From Actinomycetes bacterium (GTDB lineage: Bacteria > Actinomycetota > Geothermincolia > Geothermincolales > JAHEXQ01): 33,362 bases of DNA. Of this stretch, positions 26,913 to 33,362 are shown piece by piece. How positions within the stretch are numbered: the first letter of the stretch is position 1; each line of letters begins with the position of its first letter. Both the position numbers and the translations under genes were made by a program. The notes beneath the pieces are model-generated. The model did not search any database. It was given only the letters and a program-made list of their open reading frames with translations, and was not told the origin of the DNA. The stretch covers positions 1 to 33,362 of the forward strand of contig JAHEXQ010000004.1 in the NCBI GenBank assembly GCA_023252035.1, given 5' to 3'.

Positions 26913-27611
26913 TTGGATTGGGAGGAATATGCCGGCCGTCTCAAAGAGTTGCTCGGACTGCCCGGCGAACCGGTAGCCGTCACTTATACCAATGAAGAGA
27001 TGGAGGGAGAGCGCGAGAAAGTCCGGTTCTGCCTCGCCCTGAAAGAGGCGGACAGCGGGAATTCCTTCATCATCGAGCCGGGGAATTCGGCCTGTCCTGG
27101 CGGCACCTGGCACTGCGGACTCATGGAGCCCGCGTCGGGGCAACCGAAGAGAAGGCTGCAGTGGTTCCTTACCCGGGGCGAGAAGCTAACCCACAGCATC
27201 GTCACTTTCGAGCGTATGCAGAAGATGGGGACGCCGCCGCCCACCGGGCTGGCCGAGCGCATCCTCGTCGGGCCGATGGCCGCGGCGGCGATCCGGCCGG
27301 ACCTCGTGGTCTTCCTCTGCAATGCGACCCAGGCCTGCCGCCTGATGGCCCTGGACCAGTACTGGGACGGGGTGCACCCGCGCCTCGAGCCGGCGGGCGC
27401 CCTCTGCCACAGCGTCATCGCCTATCCGCTGATGTCCGGGCAGACCAATCTCTCCCTGGGCGATATCACCGCCCGGCGTTCGCAAGAATACCCCGACGAC
27501 GTGGTCTTCCTGACCGTGCCCTACGAGCGCATGGCCAACCTGATGGCGGCCATCCCCCAGTGCACCGCGGGGACCGCGGAGTTCGTGCGCCCTGCCGATT
27601 TCGGCGGGTAG
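26913..27611 (+). CDS. DUF169-family protein
   Basis: L...PVAV, FC, ACPGG...CG, GP, PDLVVF.CN..Q, A.C...IAYP, LSLGD..AR; TTG start after GAGGGGG. Confidence 0.75.
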   Translation: MDWEEYAGRLKELLGLPGEPVAVTYTNEEMEGEREKVRFCLALKEADSGNSFIIEPGNSACPGGTWHCGLMEPASGQPKRRLQWFLTRGEKLTHSIVTFERMQKMGTPPPTGLAERILVGPMAAAAIRPDLVVFLCNATQACRLMALDQYWDGVHPRLEPAGALCHSVIAYPLMSGQTNLSLGDITARRSQEYPDDVVFLTVPYERMANLMAAIPQCTAGTAEFVRPADFGG

Positions 27612-27647
27612 CATTAGCGGTAGTCGAAGCCTTCAAGGGAGCAGAAT

Positions 27648-28961
27648 ATGGATGAGAGTCCGTTTTGGGAAAAGGAGCTGGAAACATTTCCCACTGAACA
27701 ACTGCGGGCCCTGCAGCTGCGGCGCCTGCGGCGCGTAACCGAGCTGTGCGAGCGGAGCCCTTACTACCGGCAGACCTTCCGGGAAGCCAACTTCGAGTCC
27801 TCGCAGTTGAAGACCCTGGATGACCTGAGGCGCATTCCCTTTCTGACCAAGGAGGATCTGCGGGCGAGCGGCCCCTTCAACTTCCTGGCCGTGCCGCAGG
27901 ACGAGATCGTGCGGGTGCACTCCACCTCCGGCACCACGGGCGTGGCCACCCCCATCTTTCATACCGGCGAAGACATCGAGGCCTGGGCCAACCTGGTCGC
28001 GCGCTGCATGTACATGGTAGGAATGCGCCGGTCGGATGTTTTCCAGAACACCATGGGTTACGGGCTCTTCACGGGAGGCCTGGGATTCCACTACGGAGCC
28101 GAGCGCGTCGGTGCCATGACCATACCCGCGGGCGCGGGGAACAGCCGGCGCCAGATAAGGCTTATGCAGGACTTCGGCACGACCTGCCTCCACATCATTC
28201 CGAGCTATGCTCTCTACCTGGGCACGGTCTTCCAGGAGATGGGCCTGAACCCGGCTGCGGATACGCAATTGCGGCTGGCTTTCATCGGCGCCGAGCCCCA
28301 CACGGAGCGTATGCGCGAGCGTATCGAGGAGCTCTATGGCATCAAGGCCTATAACTCCTACGGCCTGACCGAGATGAGCGGGCCGGGCGTCGCTTTCGAA
28401 TGTCCGGAGAAGCAAGGGATGCACCTGTGGGAGGACAGTTTCGTCGCCGAGATCGTCGACCCCGCGAGCGGGGAGCGGGTGGCCGAGGGCGAAGAGGGGG
28501 AGCTCGTGCTCACGGCCCTGCACCGGAGGGGCATGCCGCTGCTGCGCTATCGCACGCGAGACCTCACGGCCGCCATACCCGGCGCCTGTGCCTGTGGCCG
28601 CAGCCATCTCCGTATAGCGCGCATTAAGGGCCGCACGGACGATATGTTCGTCATCAAGGGAGTGAACGTTTTCCCCATGCAGGTGGAGAAGGTCTTGCTC
28701 TCCATCCTGGGTGTGGGCTCGAACTACAGGATAGTGCTGGAGACGGTGGAGATGCAGGACCGCATGAAGCTCATGGTAGAGGTGACCGGAGGCCTGTGGA
28801 AGGGAGACGTGCAGGAGCTCAGCCGCCTGCGCGACCGGCTCGTGGAAGGCCTGCGCGAAGAGATCATGATAACTCCCAGGGTCGAGCTGGTGGAGCCCGG
28901 CTCCCTGCCGCGCAGCGAGGGCAAGGCGGCGCGCGTCGAGGACCTGCGCCGTAACCACTAG
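27648..28961 (+). CDS. paaK: Phenylacetate--CoA ligase (PaaK family)
   Basis: PF.TKEDLR, HSTSGTTG, YGLFTGGLG.HYGAE, GAEP, YGL.E..GPGV, RYRTRD, GR.DDM, GVNVFP, EGKA.RV.D.R. Confidence 0.92.
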   Translation: MDESPFWEKELETFPTEQLRALQLRRLRRVTELCERSPYYRQTFREANFESSQLKTLDDLRRIPFLTKEDLRASGPFNFLAVPQDEIVRVHSTSGTTGVATPIFHTGEDIEAWANLVARCMYMVGMRRSDVFQNTMGYGLFTGGLGFHYGAERVGAMTIPAGAGNSRRQIRLMQDFGTTCLHIIPSYALYLGTVFQEMGLNPAADTQLRLAFIGAEPHTERMRERIEELYGIKAYNSYGLTEMSGPGVAFECPEKQGMHLWEDSFVAEIVDPASGERVAEGEEGELVLTALHRRGMPLLRYRTRDLTAAIPGACACGRSHLRIARIKGRTDDMFVIKGVNVFPMQVEKVLLSILGVGSNYRIVLETVEMQDRMKLMVEVTGGLWKGDVQELSRLRDRLVEGLREEIMITPRVELVEPGSLPRSEGKAARVEDLRRNH

Positions 28962-29015
28962 GACCACCGTTTAAGTGAAACAGCGACGTCGTTTGAGGCG
29001 GAGGGGGGATGGCAC

Positions 29016-29444
29016 ATGGCGCACCAGATAAATGTCTTTGCCCAGAACCAGCCCGGCCGGCTGGAACACATGACCAAGATCCTGACGGAGGCCGGTGTCA
29101 ATATCCGGGCTATCACTATCTCCGGGGTGGGCGATTTCGGGGTGGTCAAGCTGCTGGCGGACAATCCCGACCTGGCCTGCCAGGCACTGGAGGCAGAGGG
29201 TTTCTCCGCCTTCAAGAAAGAGATCCTCGCCGCCGTCATGGACGACCGGCCCGGCGGCCTGCACCGCATTTTCAACATCCTGGGTGGAGCGGGGATAAAC
29301 GTAGAGGACGCCTACGGTTTTGTGGTGAAAGACCGGGAGACCGCGGTGCTGCTCATGGAGCTGTCGGCCATCGCCGAAGCCGAGCAGGTCCTTGCTGCCG
29401 AGGGCGTTGAGATACTGAGCGAACGGGAACTGTACGAACTCTAG
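29016..29444 (+). CDS. Tandem ACT-domain protein
   Basis: QI.VF..N.PG.L, NIRA, DFG, DD.PGGL, INVE.AY; usual paaK neighbour. Confidence 0.88.
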   Translation: MAHQINVFAQNQPGRLEHMTKILTEAGVNIRAITISGVGDFGVVKLLADNPDLACQALEAEGFSAFKKEILAAVMDDRPGGLHRIFNILGGAGINVEDAYGFVVKDRETAVLLMELSAIAEAEQVLAAEGVEILSERELYEL

Positions 29445-29476
29445 TGGACCGGAACCTCAAGGTTAGGAGTTGCGGG

Positions 29477-29926
29477 GTGGCCAGGAAAGGGCGGCAGATC
29501 TCCGCAGGGGGCGTGCTCTACCGGATGGGTGAGGCCGGACCGGAGGTGGCTCTGATCTCCCTGAAGGCCGGCAAGGTCTGGGCCCTGCCCAAGGGCATCG
29601 TGGATGAGGGCGAGAAGCCCGAGCAGGCCGCCCTCCGCGAAGTGCGTGAGGAGACCGGCATGGAGGGCGACATAGTGGCGCCCCTCGGCTACATCAAGTA
29701 CTTTTATTACTCGCGTGACGACGACACCCGCTACTTCAAGCTCGTGCACTTCTTTCTCATGCGTTACCTGGCCGGTAGCGAAGAGGATCACGATTGGGAG
29801 GTGGAGGCCGTTGCCTGGTTTCCTCTCGAGGAGTCCATCAAGCGGGCCAGCTACAAGACGGAGCGCGGCGTCCTTCAGAAGGCCGCCGCGCTGCTCGCTC
29901 CCCTTTCGCAACCTCCGGTGTTATAG
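29477..29926 (+). CDS. NUDIX hydrolase
   Basis: SAGGV, W.LPKG, Nudix box G.....E.....A.RE..EETG; GTG 29477 with AGGAG RBS. Confidence 0.9.
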   Translation: MARKGRQISAGGVLYRMGEAGPEVALISLKAGKVWALPKGIVDEGEKPEQAALREVREETGMEGDIVAPLGYIKYFYYSRDDDTRYFKLVHFFLMRYLAGSEEDHDWEVEAVAWFPLEESIKRASYKTERGVLQKAAALLAPLSQPPVL

Positions 29927-30073
29927 AGGCTGAGATCATGAAAGGTGTTGCATAAGATTGAAAGAAGGGTCACCCTTTCTCACGCTCTGGCGTAGGTGGT
30001 TTCCATGGCTTGTTGCCAGGTGAAACCCGTAGCGTGATATCATCGTCTAAGATAGCAGTTCGGAGACGGTATT

Positions 30074-30925
30074 TTGCGCAAGAAGCTCATTATCATGATA
30101 GTCGCGGTCATGGTCGCCGCCCTTGCGGGCGGCATCTTCGGCGGATGCGGCAGCGGCACCGGGGAGGCGTTGCCCGAACGCTCCCTGCCCGCCGATGCTT
30201 CCCCCGAGACCGTTCTGGTGGAGGCCCTGCGCAACACCAACGACGCGAGGACCTTCCACTATGACCTGGAATGGGCGACCATCATCCTGCCCACCCGCCA
30301 GCAGACGAACAAAGCCGTCATTGACATGGAGGTCGTGGCGGACCAGGATATGCAGAACTCCAGCGCCCAGGGCACGCAGAACATCGCCAACGTGACCCTC
30401 GACTTCGTCATCGTCGGCAACACGGAATACCGCAAAGAACAGTTCAGCAACGGTTGGGTCGCGGTGCCGCAGCAGACTACACTCCTGGATTTCGGGTCGG
30501 TGCTGAAGAACGCCACCGAGTACCTTAAGAACTTCCAGTCCATCGAGCAGGTGAGCGACGAAACCATCAACGGCCGGCCCTGCATCCATCTCAAGCTGAA
30601 AGCGGACGTCATGAGCATGTTGAATCGCCCGGACCTGCGCCAGTTCCTGGCCACAGGGCCCGCGGGGGCCGACAACAACGTGACCATAGATATCGACAAG
30701 TACCGGGCTTCACTTGCGGATCTGCAACTGAGCATCGAGTACTGGGTGGACAAGGACTACCTGGTGCTGCGCAAGAGCTTGCAACTGTGGGAAGAGCGGA
30801 TGAAGCCCGGCACCTCGCCGGATGTCGGCTCCGACAGGAATATCACCCTGACTATGCTACTGTCCGCCTACAACCAGCCCTTGAACATCCAGGCGCCCGA
30901 GCCGGTCGTGGGCGCTTCTCAATAG
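30074..30925 (+). CDS. Lipoprotein, LppX/LprAFG (LolA-like)-type fold
   Basis: Lipobox FGGC; E.ING.PC.H, YWVDKD, S.YNQP..I.AP. Confidence 0.6.
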   Translation: MRKKLIIMIVAVMVAALAGGIFGGCGSGTGEALPERSLPADASPETVLVEALRNTNDARTFHYDLEWATIILPTRQQTNKAVIDMEVVADQDMQNSSAQGTQNIANVTLDFVIVGNTEYRKEQFSNGWVAVPQQTTLLDFGSVLKNATEYLKNFQSIEQVSDETINGRPCIHLKLKADVMSMLNRPDLRQFLATGPAGADNNVTIDIDKYRASLADLQLSIEYWVDKDYLVLRKSLQLWEERMKPGTSPDVGSDRNITLTMLLSAYNQPLNIQAPEPVVGASQ

Positions 30926-30941
30926 AGGCGGACGAGGGTGG

Positions 30942-31799
30942 ATGAATAAAGTCGGCAAGCGAATTGGGACCCTGGCCCTCCTGGCCGTACTCGTTGTCGT
31001 CTTGGTGGGGAGCGCGCTCTGGGCCACGGGTTGCGGCTCTTCCCAGGATGCTTCGGCCTTGTTGCTTGAAGCCGTGGACAGGACCTCGTCCCTTCAGAGC
31101 GTTAGAGCGGAGTTCCTGGTGCAGGGATTTAGGGGCGACAAGAATGCGCAGATGCCTCTGCTCAGCCTCCCCGGAAGTACGGCCGTGGACCTCACCACCA
31201 ACGCCCTCGAGGTGAGCAGCACCCTCCCCGTCCTGGGGACTCCCTTGGGTTTGAGACTGGTCGACGGCGACCTGTACCTGAACATCTCCGGCAGGTGGAT
31301 GTCGAACCCCGAGAGCCTGCTAGGCAGCCCGGGACTGGAGGCAGTCGGGCAGAGCCTGCCCGCTTTCGGCGAACTGTTCCAGCTCGTGCGTTACTTCAGC
31401 CAGATTAAGAAGCTCGGCTCGGAGGCGGTCGATGGTTTGGATTGCGACCATCTGGCGGTGAAGCTCGATTATAGCAAGATCATCGGCGCTGACCAGATAC
31501 CGGCCTTCCTGCAAAAGCTGGCGGGTGGGGCTCGGGCGGCCGGCGACGCCTTGCAGAAATCAAACCTGACCATCGAGGCCTGGGTGGCCAGGGGCTCCGG
31601 GTTGCTCAAAAAGGCGCTCTTCTTCTTCAACATCGACTTACCCAAACTGCCGTTGCTGGACATGTTCCTGCAGGAGGGTCCCGCCGGGTTCCAGGTCGCC
31701 GTGGAGTTGCGGGATTACAATGAACCGGTGCAGGTGGAGGTGCCCCGGGACGCCAAGCCCGCCGGCCCCGGTTCCGGCATCCCAGGCCTGAACATGTAA
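30942..31799 (+). CDS. Lipoprotein, LppX/LprAFG (LolA-like)-type fold, paralogue of upstream gene
   Basis: Lipobox ATGC; E.VDG.DC.H, AWV...G, DYNEPV.VE.P. Confidence 0.6.
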   Translation: MNKVGKRIGTLALLAVLVVVLVGSALWATGCGSSQDASALLLEAVDRTSSLQSVRAEFLVQGFRGDKNAQMPLLSLPGSTAVDLTTNALEVSSTLPVLGTPLGLRLVDGDLYLNISGRWMSNPESLLGSPGLEAVGQSLPAFGELFQLVRYFSQIKKLGSEAVDGLDCDHLAVKLDYSKIIGADQIPAFLQKLAGGARAAGDALQKSNLTIEAWVARGSGLLKKALFFFNIDLPKLPLLDMFLQEGPAGFQVAVELRDYNEPVQVEVPRDAKPAGPGSGIPGLNM

Positions 31800-31885
31800 A
31801 GCCTGAGCCGCCGATTCTTCTCGCCCGGCTCAAGCCACGTTCATGTTATTATTAACCTTCAAAAAGCCCTAATCGGAGGTTTGGC

Positions 31886-32776
31886 GTGTATTTTCAGGAC
31901 GTGATCATAGCTCTGCAGACCTTCTGGACCAGCCGGGGTTGCCTGCTGGGCCAGCCTCACGACATCGAGACGGGGGCCGGTACCTTCAATCCATCCACCT
32001 TTCTGCGCGCCCTCGGCCCCGAGCCCTGGAGCGTTGCTTACGTGGAGCCGTCCCGCCGGCCCACGGACGGGCGCTACGGTGACAATCCCTACCGCATGCA
32101 CCTGCACCACCAATTCCAGGTCATCGTGAAGCCATCGCCCGATGATATCCAGGACGTCTACCTGGAAAGTATTGCTAGCCTGGGATTGAAACTGGCCGAG
32201 CACGACGTACGCTTCGTTGAGGACGACTGGGAGTCGCCCACCTTAGGGGCGTGGGGGCTGGGCTGGGAGGTCTGGCTCGACGGCATGGAGGTTACCCAGT
32301 TCACCTACTTCCAGCAGGTCGGCTCCATAGACTGCAACCCGGTCTCGGTGGAGCTCACCTACGGGATGGAGCGTCTGGCCATGTTCCTGCAGGGCATCGA
32401 GAACGTTTACGACCTGGCATGGAACGAGCGCTATTCCTACGGCGATATCCAGAAGCAGGCCGAGGTGGAGTGGAGCCGCTACAATTTCGATCTGGCCGAC
32501 ACCGCGCTGCTCTTCCGACTCTTCGATCAATATGAGGCGGAATGCCGGCGCATAATAGAGGAGCAGCTCGTGCTGCCGGCCTACGACTACGTCCTCAAGT
32601 GTTCGCACGTCTTCAACCTCCTGGACGCGCGAGGCGCTATCAGTGTTACGGAGCGCACCGGCTTCATCGCCCGCGTGCGCCAGATGGCCCGCGCCTGTGC
32701 GGCCGCCTACCTGGCGCAGCGCGAGGGGATGGGATTTCCCCTTCTGCGACGCGATGAGGAGGGAGGTGCCGCATGA
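31886..32776 (+). CDS. glyQ: Glycine--tRNA ligase alpha subunit
   Basis: [64 protein letters not shown]. Confidence 0.98.
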   Translation: MYFQDVIIALQTFWTSRGCLLGQPHDIETGAGTFNPSTFLRALGPEPWSVAYVEPSRRPTDGRYGDNPYRMHLHHQFQVIVKPSPDDIQDVYLESIASLGLKLAEHDVRFVEDDWESPTLGAWGLGWEVWLDGMEVTQFTYFQQVGSIDCNPVSVELTYGMERLAMFLQGIENVYDLAWNERYSYGDIQKQAEVEWSRYNFDLADTALLFRLFDQYEAECRRIIEEQLVLPAYDYVLKCSHVFNLLDARGAISVTERTGFIARVRQMARACAAAYLAQREGMGFPLLRRDEEGGAA

Positions 32777-33362
32777 GCCGCGAGTTGCTCTTCGAGATAG
32801 GTACGGAGGAACTGCCCTGGGGTGCTATAGAGTCGGGACGTGAGCAACTGGCGGAAAAAGCGGAAAAGTTCTTCCCGGCATCCGGCCTGCATTTCTCGGG
32901 GATGGAGGTCTATTCAACACCACGGCGGTTGACTCTCTATGTGGCGGAACTGCCGGAGAAACAGGAAGATACGGAAATTTGGGTTACCGGGCCCCCGGCA
33001 GAAATTGCTTTTGCGGAAGACGGCTCTCCGACAAAAGCGGCTATCGGTTTTGCTCGCGGGCAGGGAGTGGATGTATCGAGCCTCAAGATCGTCGACAAGC
33101 CTAAAGGGAAGTTTGTAGAGGCATATATAAGGGAGGAAGGCCGTCCCACTCTAGAGTTGCTGCCGGATATGCTGGCGGAACTGGCTCGCAGCCTGAATTT
33201 CAGGAAATCGATGCGCTGGGGCTACGGCGAGCTTCGCTTCGCGCGTCCGGTCCGCTGGCTGCTGGCGCTGTACGGCGCGCAGGTGGTCCCGGTCGAGCTG
33301 GATGGCCTGGTGGCCGACAACACCACACGAGGTCACCGTCTCTACAGCAGCAATAAGCTGAT
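32773..33362 (+). CDS. glyS: Glycine--tRNA ligase beta subunit (5' part, runs off window)
   Basis: ATG overlaps glyQ stop; [38 protein letters not shown]. Confidence 0.95.
   Translation, partial: MSRELLFEIGTEELPWGAIESGREQLAEKAEKFFPASGLHFSGMEVYSTPRRLTLYVAELPEKQEDTEIWVTGPPAEIAFAEDGSPTKAAIGFARGQGVDVSSLKIVDKPKGKFVEAYIREEGRPTLELLPDMLAELARSLNFRKSMRWGYGELRFARPVRWLLALYGAQVVPVELDGLVADNTTRGHRLYSSNKL

Noticed and set aside
31800-31885. T-box leader upstream of glyQ
   Set aside because: Only ~86 bp and no T-box consensus or terminator; an extended -10-like tgtTATTAT is present instead
31886-33362. glyQ/glyS in a putative actinobacterium as a novelty
   Set aside because: The alpha2beta2 enzyme is already known in deep-branching Actinomycetota classes

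Overview
GC-rich bacterial chromosome segment, probably from a deep-branching anaerobic Actinomycetota lineage. This is inferred from a DUF5318-like gene, a HelY-like helicase, 'WYFAEG..ERPMYF' repeat surface proteins typical of Ca. Geothermincolia/Solincola-type genomes, glyQ/glyS and paaK-ACT. Most of the window is housekeeping and envelope genes: msrB-msrA, gap, corA, pckA, paaK, glyQ-glyS, several lipoproteins and an orphan ABC substrate-binding protein. No tRNA, rRNA, CRISPR array, integrase or transposase was seen. The most notable signals are: (1) a tandem pair of paralogous membrane histidine kinases, one intact and one a full-length pseudokinase (His->Phe, N and G1 boxes lost), with no response regulator nearby; (2) an intact but catalytically eroded cis-prenyltransferase (UppS-like) that could be a non-catalytic subunit; (3) two families of dispersed palindromic REP-like repeats, one copy forming the C-terminus and stop of a gene and another being a loopless 52-bp perfect palindrome; (4) frameshifted genes and leaderless or sigma28-like promoters. 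All family assignments come from motif recognition, not database searches.
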